Source: Vicugna vicugna (Eukaryota). Taken from it: a stretch of DNA of 64,000 nucleotides. Under the pieces are notes generated by a model, which did no database searches, was not told the origin of the DNA, and saw only the letters and a program-made list of their open reading frames with translations. Numbering within the stretch: position 1 is the first letter of the stretch; each line of letters starts with the position of its first letter. Location: positions 1,614,001 through 1,678,000 of the forward strand of contig MU058153.1 of the NCBI GenBank assembly GCA_013265495.1. The letters run 5' to 3'. Of this stretch, positions 52,061 through 64,000 are shown piece by piece. A program made the position numbers and the translations under genes.

Positions 52061-55000
52061 ATTTCAGCCAATGAAATGAATGAACATGAATGACCACGGA
52101 AACTGTGAACTCCTAGTCAAGTTAAATTGTGAAAGCCAACCAACATTCAATCAGATGCTGTTGTAATATTGTGCTGTGTTCCTATAAGACTGGTAAAATA
52201 CAGAAAGAATGAATACTTTAATCAAGTTCAATGGGCTTTGAGACTAAACCAAAGATCTTTAAATATCATATAACTGATACTTTATTTAAATATCATGTAA
52301 TCGATTCAAAATGATGATTTTAAGTGAGAATTATATTAAGTTTTTTAAATACAGCATTAGAATACTTTAAGATAACTTAATACCACATTTGTCAATTTAC
52401 ATTTTTAAACTTGTGACATTTAAATTTTTCGGAAGGTTTAATTGCTAGAAAATTGAAATTGTGGAAAAGGAAGTTGAATACATTAAATTTTTAAAAATGA
52501 TTTGAACCATTTGAATATATCAGGAAATTTGATTAATTAATTAAGCAGTGAATGTCTTGCTAAAATAAAGATCAACATTTTCTTTTTTTAGTTAAAAATA
52601 AGATAGTAAGTTGAAATACTTGATTTTAAAAATTTGTCTGAAAATTTAATATTTGAAACTAAAGAAACTTCTGGATAATCTATTCTTGGGGGAAAAACCT
52701 TCAAGGGAATATGTGTATGTGTTTGTGTATCATATTTAACAACCATTATGATATTCAAATTACTTGGATAATTTACTGTCATTAATATCTTTCCACTCTT
52801 TCATTGAGATTGTGAAGTGTTTCTGAAAATTTGGAAGTAATTTGAAGATCTATTGGAGTTTAGGGTATTGCATCTGGGAATCATAAATTGGATGTGAAAA
52901 GGCTTTATTCATTGAGGTTTTGGGGGAAGGAATAATATGCATACTTGTAGAATACTCTGGAGTCTCAGAAGACAAATTTCATAGTTGGAGGTCAAGAGGA
53001 CCACAGATGACTGGAGTCTTCTTACTCTGACAGGATCCCAGGAACATAGGAAGCCAATGAGTATAGAGTTACACCATGCTTTTAAGAAAAAAATAACTGT
53101 TACGTGAGAATGAGGAATTTAGACTATGTAAAGGTCCTACCATGTACATTTGTGTTTTTCAAGACAAAAAACGTTTCTTCCGAACCCTGGGTGTTTGCAC
53201 ATTTTGTATGATTTTGCCATTGCTTTTTCTTTTTCTTCTCTAGATTTTAATATAATGTCTTTGTAAATGGGGTTTGAATAGCTGCTGGCCTCAGTTATTG
53301 ACCAAGAGGAACCAAGGCTGGAGGTTCTGTACAAGCTCAGGAAAGTATTTTGGAGGGTTCAGTGGTTCCCAGGGGAGTACAGTAGGAGAAAGAGAAGAGG
53401 CGGGAGCTGACGTTTCCTGAGATCATAGCAGACGCTCTACTTTCTTCAATAATTCAGTCATCTTGGCATAATTATCCCCATTTTGAAGATTTAAAATAAA
53501 ACAACCAAAAATCTGAGATTGCGACCAAGGTCACAAAGTAATTAAGGTGGGTATCAAACCCAGGTCTAATGACAAAGTCCTTCCTCTTTCTAAAAACTGC
53601 AAAGGGAAATAAAACCTCATGATGAAGGCAGACTTGTTTCCCACCAAAAGGTTTGCATTTCAGATTTCTTTGATCCTCTCTTTTAACATTCTAAGGAATA
53701 TCTTTATCTGACCTTTACAATTAAATTTATCATGAGAAATCTATTTGTTTATCCCTGAAAGTTACGTATCATGTTCTAAGTCTACTAGGTCGAACATCTC
53801 ATTCATTTACAGAAGTCATTTTTTATTCTTATTTTGTATATGCTATTTCTTATTTTGTTTTGCCACGTGGCATTAAATAGCACAAGAACCTTTCTTGATG
53901 ATTTTCAAAAATATGTAAAATCAATGCCCACGGCCAAATTTATTTGATTTCACTGGAAGAGTAATGTTAATGTCAAGTGTAGGTGTTCTTCCCCTTAGGA
54001 CCTGTTTTAATGACCCTATCTTTAGATAATCCACGACTTTTGAATACAAACCAAAGACAATTGCTTTGCCTCACACCATTATAACAATCCTTTTATCCAG
54101 AAGAGGCTAATGGGAGAAACCAAATTAGTGATGTTTGCATTGATTGGGTGTGAAAATTATTGTAATGGAAATGTCTACACTGTCTTGATTTTTTTTTCCC
54201 CCTACTGGTATTTAAGAAGCAGTACAATTGTTTTCTCAATGTATCACCAACTGGTTTGGGGAGGAGAGGAGAATGTAGCTACCTGTTCCCATTGCTTACT
54301 TGATACCAGACATTTTGCTAAATGTATTACAAACATTTCCTTAATAGGATATTGGTTTTCATTAGTTTGGGAGTACTTATTTGTGTTTTCTTTTAAGCAA
54401 AAGCTTTATCCTAATGCTAAAAAGATCTATCAGAATGCAAAATAGATGCGCATCTGATGATGGTTCTCTTTAAAAAACAGCCATTTTATTTCCACTCTTA
54501 CTTCTGTAGAATTCCTGAGAGTAAGAGGAGATGAAATTAGAGAGGCAGTGGGGTTTTTCATTGACAGGAAGAACCTCAGGTAGTGCTTGGAACTCAAGTT
54601 GTTTTGGGGTTGTAAAATTGTCAGTAGAGTTGCTATTTATAACAGGTACCATTCTGGAAAGATTTTACCTCCCGTGGGGGCAGCAAGAGTTCTGAGGGGT
54701 GTTCAGGCTTTGCAGCAAGGATGGAACTGTTAAAAATCTTGCTAAGGGACAATGATTGATTAATCACAAAGCTGACCAGGGACCTTTGACAGCAATCTGT
54801 TGACTTGTATGAGCTTCTCTCCCCGTCTTAGCCCTTGCTGTGGTTTTGATGCGGGGCACTGACAGCCACCTGCTATGATGGATTCACTGTATTCTGCATG
54901 GGGACATTACACTCATCATTTCTGCATTCTGTCTGCCTCCGGCATTTATTCTTTTATTTTAAAACAATTCACTTAGTGATGACTGTATGTCAAACATACT

Positions 55001-55096
55001 GACATCTTTATAGACACTTCTCAAGTTACTACAGGTCATTTCTCCAGGTGATACAAAAACTAACATAAGACGCAAATTTTAACATTAAAACAGTGT

Positions 55097-55691
55097 TATT
55101 GTCGGCGATTATGTTCTTGTCTTTTCGCAGAAAGAATTCAGAGATGAGAGACGAAGGTTAAGAAAGTAAAGCGAGGACTTATTAAGGGATGGAGAGAACA
55201 CTCTCAAGAGGAGGGCGGGCAGGCTCAGGTGAGCAGCTGCGCTGAGCTTCTTTGGCAAGTTGGTTACATAGGGTGTAAAAATGAATGGGTAGAATATTCA
55301 CTAGGGAGGGAAGGGTTTGGGGTTGTATTGCCTGATTTCCATCCCAGCTCTACTTTCCCAAGGGGAAGAAGGATTTTTGTCTTTCTTTAGTCTGGATCAG
55401 AAGTGTCATGGCCCCAGTGCATGATGGGTACTTCTAACCAGCAAGGCTAATTTTACTGAAATCAGGGTACAATGAGCAAAATGTTAGATTTGGACACCAG
55501 AGATTCCTATCTTTCCCCACCTTTCTTTGCCAGCCTCCAGGACATTTGTCACCACAAAATGTGTGATCTCAGATCAGTCCTGAGGTTCCTGCTTTTTTCT
55601 GTCTGCACAAGGACCTCTGATGTATAGGTTCCTGTCATTTGGCCATTGCCCCCTTTCTCTGATCACATCTAGCTATCTGCTTGCTCTAACA
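55097..55691 (-). mobile_element. ERV1-type solo LTR (copy A)
   Basis: Reverse complement of the LTR at 56061-56706; terminal ctctaaca; 4-bp TSD gtgt/gttt. Confidence 0.9.
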
Positions 55692-56060
55692 GTTTTACTT
55701 CTAAGACTTGTGCCATAGAGACAGAATGTTTTATTGGGGCCATTTCTATAAGCAGTTTCTGTACAAAATAGATGCAAGGTGAATAACGCTTAAGAAGTGA
55801 CCCCAGAATTGTTGATGGAAACAGGACTCAGTAGATAGAAATTTACTGTTAATGTCCCGCATTCAAAGAAATTGGCTTGGTGAGCTGATACGGTTACTAA
55901 GTGTTAGAAATGGACCTCAGTTCCATCAAATATCTGGGCTGTCAATAACGAGAGAACATTTTAAGCTTTCAATGAGAGGTAGATGATGCAAGTAATTTGA
56001 TTCTAAGATATTAGTCTCTCTGTTCTTTAAGTTTTATGAAAGCTGATGTCTTAAGGCTGT

Positions 56061-56706
56061 TGTTAGAGCCGGCAGACAGCTAGATATGAGTAGAGAAAGG
56101 GGGACACAGGCCAAATGGCAGGAATTGGGCCAAAAGGAGGGGCACTGGCCAAATGCAGGAAACCCTTCATCATGGAAACACCAGGGTTCCCTGGGCAGAG
56201 GAAGAAAAGTAGGAATCTCTGGGCCATTAAGAAGTCGTATATTTGGGGGTGACAAGTGGCTTGGAGGCCAGTAAAAAGAAAGGTGGGGAAAAGCAGGAAT
56301 CTCAGGCATCCAAATGTAACCTTTTGCTCGTTATGCCCTCATTTCAATAAAATTAGCCTTGTAGATTACAAGCATCAATCATGCAATGAGGCCGTGACAC
56401 TTCCTATCCAGCTAAATAAGGGCAAAGATCCCTCCCTCCCTTCAGGGAGATGGAGTTGGGATGAAAATCAGGGACTATGATGCCAAACCCTTCCTTCCCC
56501 AATGAATATTCCACCCATTCATTTTTACACCCTATGTAACCGACTTGCCAAAGAAACTCAAGGCAGCCGCTCACCTGAGCCTGCCCGCTCTCCCCTTGAG
56601 AGTGTACTCTTCATCCCTTCATAAATCCTCACTTTACTTTCTTAACCTACGCGTCTCATCTCTGAATTCTTTCTGCGACAGGATAAGAACCTAGTCACCA
56701 GCAACA
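56061..56706 (+). mobile_element. ERV1-type solo LTR (copy B)
   Basis: tgttagagcc...gcaaca termini; 4-bp TSD ctgt/ctgc; poly(A)-signal-like cataaa at ~56620. Confidence 0.9.
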
Positions 56707-58344
56707 CTGCGATGACTCTTTCTGTTGTAAATGGCCTCACCACAGTTTCTAATGAGGGCTGTTGAATCAGTTGAATTTGAGTGTTGTTCTGGAATTAAGA
56801 AATGGAGTCTCTTTTTCTAAAGACACACAATCTGTGGCACCCAAAAGATTTTTCCTTGAGTTGATTCAAGTCTTTCCTCTCATGGAGGGAAGATTTATTC
56901 TTTGGCAAATGTTTAATAAAGCAATTGAATAATTATCTAAGTCTTTTGCAGTATGTCTGCATGTTTGTGTGCCTTGTACCCTGTCATAGTTTGTTAACTG
57001 GTAAAGCTTAAGTTAAAAATGTGTTTCGAGTGTATTTATATCTATCTTAATATATCGAGCTTACCAATTTGTTAGAAAACGAGTCGTTTTAATTTATAAG
57101 CTGGCTGATTGGTCCAATGAACAAAACATTTAAATTATGAGAATCGGTTGAACTATTTGTACATGTAGAAATAATAAGCAATTTATAATCCTGATCTCAA
57201 TTTGCCAAAATAATGAAGACAGGATGATGTAAAATGTATACTATCACTGTTTCCCTTCTAGCAGTAGAAAATAAAACTCCAGGGGGCCCCATTCACACAG
57301 ACTTCTTTTATTTTTTTCCCTGTCTTTTACCATGTGTCTTTTTCCTGCTCAGTTGCTTTGAGTTAGAACTTCTAGAAGTATCTGTCAAAACATTTAATGA
57401 TTTTTGATGGCACCATTGGCTTATTTGAGTTCCTGCATAGGGGTGAGACATGAACTTCAACTTTGAAGAACACCCTTGGACTCTTATATAATAATTCGGG
57501 ATTTGATAGACACAGAGATTCCATAAGAGAAAAATAAGCCAATTTGTTGTAATTTTCTCTTCTATCAAAAGTTATTGTTTGTGCAGGAAGAAAGGGATGG
57601 AAATACTGCTAGAGGTATTGGAAACAGTTATTAAATGATAAGTACAAAGAAGAAATTTTCTTTTGTCTGCCAAACCCCTCTGGTGTTGCCAAGTCATTTT
57701 GTATCTGATGTTCAAGAGAGACAGGATCGCTTTCTTCAAAGGCTCATGAGAAAAGAATCAACTTTGCAACATCTAAAGAACAGAGGAAGAAGGTAATGAC
57801 AAGAAAATATTTGTGTCGCTTTTCAAATCAAAGAGAAATTTAAAAGTATTAATAGAAAAGTCTCCCTGGGAAGCTGAACCTTATTAATACTAACAGGTTG
57901 AATGATTTAGTGTTCTTATTCTATTTTGTCTAAAAGTATGGATTGGGAAATATCTAAATAGTGAAGGCGATCCAGCTTATATTCTTTAATCTTTTTATGT
58001 GTGTGCATATTTACTTTCAAATACGACTTATTACAAAGATGTATGGATTCACTTCTGCGTAATATACAAGTATATAGATCATTAGAATATGCTTAGACTG
58101 CCTGAATCATATGGGTGGATTACAGATATATTTATTTCTAGAGATGAATGTCTTTTATCCCAACAGCACATTTTTAGACGTTTAGCCTACAGGAAGGTAT
58201 ATATGAATACCTCTCTTCTGCAAACCCAGAGAAAAATCATTTGCTCCTTTGCATTCTCCTGAAACTAACCAAGAATTTTTATATCACAGTCCTTAGGGAA
58301 TCATTTTCAGGAAAAGGTAAAATTATGAGTCTCATACAGAGATA

Positions 58345-58666
58345 GAAAGAACCCGTGATAAAGAAACATTTCATTTAACTCATTAATGAGGAAACTGAAA
58401 GATGTTACAACTATGTCAAAAGAAAAAGCCAAGAACACGTTTATAAATCAGGAATGTTAAAGCTAATATGCAAATGAGGGCAAACTAGCTTCTAAGACAG
58501 TGGGGGAGGGAAGTCAAGTGAACTTTTACCAGACGAAATTTATTTTCATGTCTATAAATAAGAATCACTTTGTACTGCCGTGAATTATCTATTACTTAAA
58601 GAATTATCTATTACTGGTAAATGGAGGCAGAGAAAGGCTAGCATCAGATAACAAAGAAAGATTACA
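58345..58666. mobile_element. Old ERV1 LTR (LTR37-like)
   Basis: atttcatttaactcattaatgagg..aagatgttacaac..caaactagcttcta..ggaagtcaagt..accagacgaaatt...attaca, recalled from the LTR37 consensus. Confidence 0.55.
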
Positions 58667-59179
58667 TGGTTAAAAAAATACTTAGTTTTTCACTATAAAT
58701 ATCCAGCAGTCCTTTACCATTATTCCAAATTGTCTTTCACACTAAGTATTCCAGTTGAGATGTTGGCTACCACTTACTGCATATTTGTACATCATTTTGG
58801 TTCTAGCTAGGTACTGAGACTTTTCTGGGGTAAGAACTGTGCTTTGAATTATTTTTGTCTCCTTGTTTTGCCAAAGATAGAAACAGGGGAAAAACAGCTA
58901 CTTCTTAAATAGTTGGTGGAATGAGATTATAACATTGGGTGTTGTTGATCAGCCACAATGAAAATTTGATCTTCATGGCATGCACAATAGAAGATGTTTT
59001 TGGAAGCCTACAGAAGGATGATGCTTATTTTGTTGGGCATAACTATTTGCTTAAGAGCAAAATTCTCAACATTGCTTCATGCCCTTAACTTAGGTTGTTA
59101 TAAGATTTTTACTGGTGAGACAAGTTTTGACCCCAGCTTAGCCTGAGCATAAAAAAAAAAAAATTGGGTACAACTTTAA

Positions 59180-59910
59180 AACAGACAGAGTTCTATTCAA
59201 ATCCACTTTTACTACTTTTTGCCTTAGGAATTGTGTGATCAGAGAAAGAGTTTGTTACTCCAGAAAAAGGAAAAAAACCTCAGCTCTTGTCTTGCCCAGA
59301 AGAGAAGAATTCAGATGGGAGACAAAAGCATTGAAGGATTTTGAAGATTTTATTAGCAAAGAAAAGTACACTTCTCAGAGTGGAAGGCAGGCTGATCCTC
59401 GAACAGATAGCAATGGTCTTTGTCCCTTCTCTTATACCCTCGCTTAAAGGTGGTCTCTTGATTGATTGACAGCTCTTGCCCTGGAATGCCTGGTCATGCT
59501 CATCCCCTTTCATGTCCTTACATGATGCACACAGAAAAACCCAGTGAGGGTTGGGGTCTAAACCACGATGCTAATTATATTACAATGAGCATTGGGTCAC
59601 GTCCATGCAGTTAAGTCTCCGTCACTACCGCACAGTCGCAGCTGTTGGATTCTAACCAGTTTCTTGCTGGCGCTCATTTAGAGGAAGTAAAGCCTCTTTA
59701 TGCTGGAGGTCGGGCATACCGCCAACTGCCAGACCATCCTGCCTTTCCTCCACCTATCTGCCCGGTGCCCCCACTCATCTAACTACCTAACAAGTTGACT
59801 AACTTTTCTGAAACTTAGTTTTCTCATTCTTTAAATTGAGATAATAACACTATATCCCAGGATTGTTATGAAGATTATGTAACATAGATTAAAAAGCTTC
59901 ACCTAGTGAG
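59180..59910 (+). mobile_element. MIR SINE split by the LTR
   Basis: ...ttgtgtgatcagagaaagagtt | gactaacttttctgaaacttagttttctcatt..gagataataacac reconstitutes the MIR core. Confidence 0.65.
59253..59792 (-). mobile_element. ERV1-type solo LTR with perfect 4-bp TSD, inserted in a MIR
   Basis: tgttactcc...cctaaca; TSD agtt (59249-59252) / agtt (59793-59796); tttatt near the left end. Confidence 0.9.
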
Positions 59911-61388
59911 GAATGCAGAAACACTGTTTTCATTTATTACCCTCTTTTTCCATTGTAATTTGAAACAAATAAGAAAAAATCAAAATGAAGACTTGAACTC
60001 CACCAAACACAATTTCAGACCTGAAATTAGCCTGAATAGTCACAAAATGGATTTCTTAAAAATGCCTGAATCATTTTAGTTTATAAGATCACACTTGTTT
60101 ATAAGACTAGTTGCAACTTAAAGTTTAAAATGTATTTTAAGGTTAGAGCAACTTTAAAAACCAATACATTTCTCCCTAATAATTAGAAAAAGCCTACTTT
60201 ATTAAAGAGCTTCCTCCTTTTTCAACTGTTAGAAGGCAAAAACGTCTGACTGTTTCTGGAATGCAAACATTTTCTCTCTCATTTCATTCATTTTCCGCTT
60301 CTCTCCCTCCCTCCCTCCCTCCCTCCCTCTCTCCCCACCCCCCTTTTAATTATGGGAATTTCCATTATCGAATTCAGAAAACAGATTAACTATCACATTT
60401 ATATTCTAGGACAGAAAATACCAGCATTCAGAGCACTCAGTTTATAGACATAGCTGATCTCACACTCTCTTACTCCTTTCATACATAAAAATAGAAGCTA
60501 AAATTCAATCTCTTGAAAGGTCTAACTACATGGTGGAAGTAGTATATGGTATATGGTATCCACAATGGGCAGATACATGTCCTCTTTTATGTGTTGTCTT
60601 GTCATTCCCAGTTTAGAGCGGGCCTTTCAGCTACCATAGCAGGAAGACAGCATGGCAGCTGCACACTTTACTGTGATTTTAAACCATACTTGTTTTCTCA
60701 GAAACACAGAGAAGCAGCAACGCATTTTGCTCTCTTTATTTGCTGGTATTTTTATGGCAGCTACACAATCACTTTTTTCCCTGAACAAAACAAACAAACA
60801 AAAAAATTGTGTCTACTGATGGATGAAAGCAGTTGGAGCAACTTTAATGCACTACTAATTTGTCAAATATTTGTCAAAACAGTTTTGTCACCTTATTGTC
60901 TCCTAGACATTGCCTACTATTTAGAAACAAACACAAGATAAACAAAAATAAACAAATATATTATGTCATCCGAAAAGTGTCTGAATAATGAGAAGTTAAA
61001 TGCTGAAATTCCCATCGATGTATTTAGAGATGCCTGGGTTTCTGAGTTTTTTTTTTTTAAGGCATATTTGAGGTCACTGTACATGATTCTTCAGTACAGG
61101 ATTTTTTAGAGACTCAAAAATTCCCTGTAAGATCCATTCACAGGAAAAAAAAAATCTTCAAATTTTACTGCAGCTGATTCTAATCCTTCAGGGTTTGGAG
61201 CCCAGAATTCGGCAGACTGTATCCTGAGTACTTCACCATCTAGAGAACTCTCCTGGATGAGCAGGAATTAACAACAGGGCGGTGGCCACTCGCTGGGCAG
61301 AGCTGATGACGTTCATGTGACCCACATTCTAGATGATTTTGATTTAGAGGCTGCTCAGACATGAACCAAATCCTCTTTACTTCTCTTT

Positions 61389-61720
61389 AAAAAAGAAAAA
61401 GACAAATGAACTTATTTATAAAACAGAAACAGACTCACAGACCTAGAAAATAAACTTATGGTTACCAGAGGGGGAAGGGGTGGGAAGATATAAACTGGGA
61501 CTTCGAGATTTGCAGATACTGACTGGTATATGTAAAATAGATAAACAAGTTGATACCAGCACAGGGAACAATATTCGATATCTGTAGTAGCTTACAGTGA
61601 AAAAGAATATGAAAATTAATATATGTATATTCATGTATGACTGAAGCAATGTGCTGTGCACCAGAAACTGACACAACATTGTAAACTGACTATACTTCAA
61701 TTACAAAAAAAAAAAAAAGA
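61389..61720 (+). mobile_element. LINE-1 3' UTR end (camelid-type) with poly-A
   Basis: gacaaatgaacttattta...ggttaccagagggggaaggggtggga...gtaaactgactatacttcaatt followed by an A-tail; TT|AAAA target. Confidence 0.9.
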
Positions 61721-62777
61721 ACTAACGGAGCAGGAGAGAAGTCAATCTTCCAAGAGTCCTTTCTTTCCTAAGAAATCTGGGTAGAGGTCATGTTTTCTCT
61801 TTACAAAATTTACTCACGCTAAAGTTGTGTTTAATCTGGGGGAAAAAAGTGCCTACATTTCTGAATGAGTTGCATCCCATATCAGTAAAATCTCAGAAAT
61901 AGTAAGACTCATTTCAGAGAAAGAGTTATTTCAAATGAAGAAAACTTTGCATCATCCACTTTTTAAATGGATGAAATACAGTTTGGATAAAAAGTAATTA
62001 AGAATATAAAGTCAGGGCAAGAGATGAACATGGATTTGAATTGTGAGGCCAGCTGTGGGACCCAATTTCCAAATCTGAACTTTTTATTCTGGCCTCTACT
62101 TTGTCTCTACTTCAGCGGTTTTTGCACTAAGTAAAGATTATTGTCCCCAGCTGCTCAGACTAGACATTGCAAAGCTTTTCTTCACATCAACCATGTGGGC
62201 TAAAACAATTTTACCTCTGAATTATTGTTTTACCTCTTAAATATTAATTCATACATTAATACTTAAATATTAACTAATACCTCTTAAATATTGTTAGAAT
62301 TTGTATATCTCCTTTTTTCTCCTTACTCAGCACTCAGGTCTAAAACATCAATCATCTCTAGGTATGTCCTGTAGAAACAGCTTGTAAGCGCTCTGCCTTG
62401 GGGTTTTATTGCTTTGTTTTGTTTTGAATTTTTCAACCATGTAGTCTATTTTTTTTTTTAATTTCTCAACCATGTAGCCAAAGTGGTCTTCAAAATCCCC
62501 TAAATAATCTGGTCTCTGTCTGTCTCTCCAGGCTCTGAAATCACTGTATCTAAGCCCCCATATTTACCCTTTAACCAACTGGCATTGAAGAATATAGATT
62601 TCCCAGCAAAAATCCAGAGATTCACTCTTACGAGATGTAGAGTTTAGTGTAGTGTGGATTGTGTAGCTAGGTATGGAGTTACCTTTCTGGAACCAGCTGG
62701 TTTTCTAAGCCAGAATTATGAACATTCAGGGGAAGGATGGAATGGATGTTAAGAAGAGAACCCACCAGCATCCACTA

Positions 62778-62900
62778 GCATGGTATTTCTAGAATTTCAA
62801 TGTGCATGAGGGTCACCTAAGATGTTGTTAAAATGCAGATTCTGATAAAAGGTGGGGCCTGAGATTCTGCATTTCTAACAAACTCCCGGGTGAAAGCTCA
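62778..62900. mobile_element. MER5A-like hAT MITE
   Basis: ttgttaaaatgcagattctga...ggtggggcctgagattctgcatttctaacaaactccc. Confidence 0.8.
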
Positions 62901-62959
62901 CAGATCTCAGAGGAGCCAGGCATTAGTGTGTTATTCATTTGTGGGTCAGATAAAGTAGA

Positions 62960-63210
62960 GTCATTAGCATCTGAGTCTGGGAGTCAGACAGGTCAGAATT
63001 CAGATTCTGAATCCAATTCCTTTTGGCTGACTTGGGCATTTCCTTAAAATACCTAAGCCTCAGGTTTTACAACCATTAAACACAGTATACCCACCTCAAA
63101 AGGATGTTTTGAGTATTATTAAATGAGATTATATTACTCATATCACTGCATATAGGCTTTCAAGCCATTGAGTATAACCTACACACAGTAAGTGTTCAAT
63201 ATTGTGTTGA
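62960..63210 (+). mobile_element. MIR SINE
   Basis: ctgggagtcagaca...tgacttgggca..aagcctcaggttt...acacagtaagtgttcaata. Confidence 0.7.
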
Positions 63211-64000
63211 TACTGATTTATGAGATAAAACACAACACAATAGTAAAGACTATTACTCTCAAAGAAGTTACTACATTCAGAGAAAGAACAAACATGGCTG
63301 TGTGAAAATTTGTGAAGGCTCACTCAATTCAAAAATTCTATTAGCAATGACATAAACATATAATTATCAGTAAAATCAAGAAAATACAAGTATTTTTTAT
63401 AATTCATGTAATTGGGGTCTGAATTAATAAAATTTTCTCTAGACTGAATTTCTTTTTAAAATCTATTAGGAGAAGAAAATGTGGACTAAAATTTCAGTTC
63501 TTTCCCAAAGATCAAAAAAAGTTTAGTCTCAATTTATTCAACTGCTTACAGAATTCACATGCAATTTAAAAAAGAAAATAAAATTTAGATATTGGCCAGC
63601 TTAAAGAACATTGTTTCGTATTATGCCTAGAATTCATGGAAATAAGGTAAATGTACCTAAATTCAAATTGCACTTACACGCCAAATTACAAGTTACTTTG
63701 GGAAAATTCGCTCTTTTCTTGAATTTTATGAGTAGCAGCCTGTATTAGTTATGCCTTGCTTGCCCAGCTGGAGCACATAACTGACAAATAAATTAGAATT
63801 CAAGTGTTTTTTCTGTGATTACTATTTCTGGTTGAAATAAAAGGACACGAGTCTTTACTGTATGAACTTTACTTGCATTTGGCTGCAAATTGAGAATAAA
63901 ATCAGGAGTGGGGAGTGGGGGAGGAATGGTTTTAGCCAAATTTGAGATCAGTTGGAAGGAAAGAGTGACTGTAAATAAAGATGCCACAGGACCATCTAAC

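Noticed and set aside
55097..56706. Provirus or DNA transposon with long TIRs
   Set aside because: The LTRs are inverted and have separate TSDs, there is no shared outer TSD, and the spacer has no PBS or coding remnant.
62220..62480. Short local duplications (tacctcttaaatatt; tcaaccatgtag)
   Set aside because: Low-complexity slippage products with no regular repeat-spacer architecture.

Overview
AT-rich, CpG-poor mammalian DNA. It is very probably camelid (alpaca/llama/camel), because it carries three copies of a tRNA-derived SINE matching the camelid Vic-1 type. I recognise no host protein-coding exon, RNA gene or CpG island, so the window looks like a gene desert or a very long intron. It is dominated by interspersed repeats: young camelid-type LINE-1 3' ends (one with an uninterrupted ORF2 C-terminal frame at 1-1188), older L1MA/L1MB/L1ME, L2 and MIR, MaLR/ERVL/ERV1 solo LTRs, hAT MITEs and microsatellites. 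The most notable structures are: (i) a ~615-bp TSD-flanked L1 derivative made only of the L1 5' end fused to the L1 3' tail (17278-17892), a candidate non-autonomous or spliced L1; (ii) two head-to-head solo LTRs of one family 369 bp apart, with a third related LTR 2.5 kb away; (iii) two twin-primed L1 inversions, one only ~230 bp long; (iv) a four-layer nested insertion containing a ~400-bp polypyrimidine tract; (v) a candidate recursive-splice site or 12-nt microexon, and several repeat-free, motif-rich candidate enhancers. Repeat subfamily names are recalled by eye, not taken from a database search, and boundaries of old repeats are approximate.
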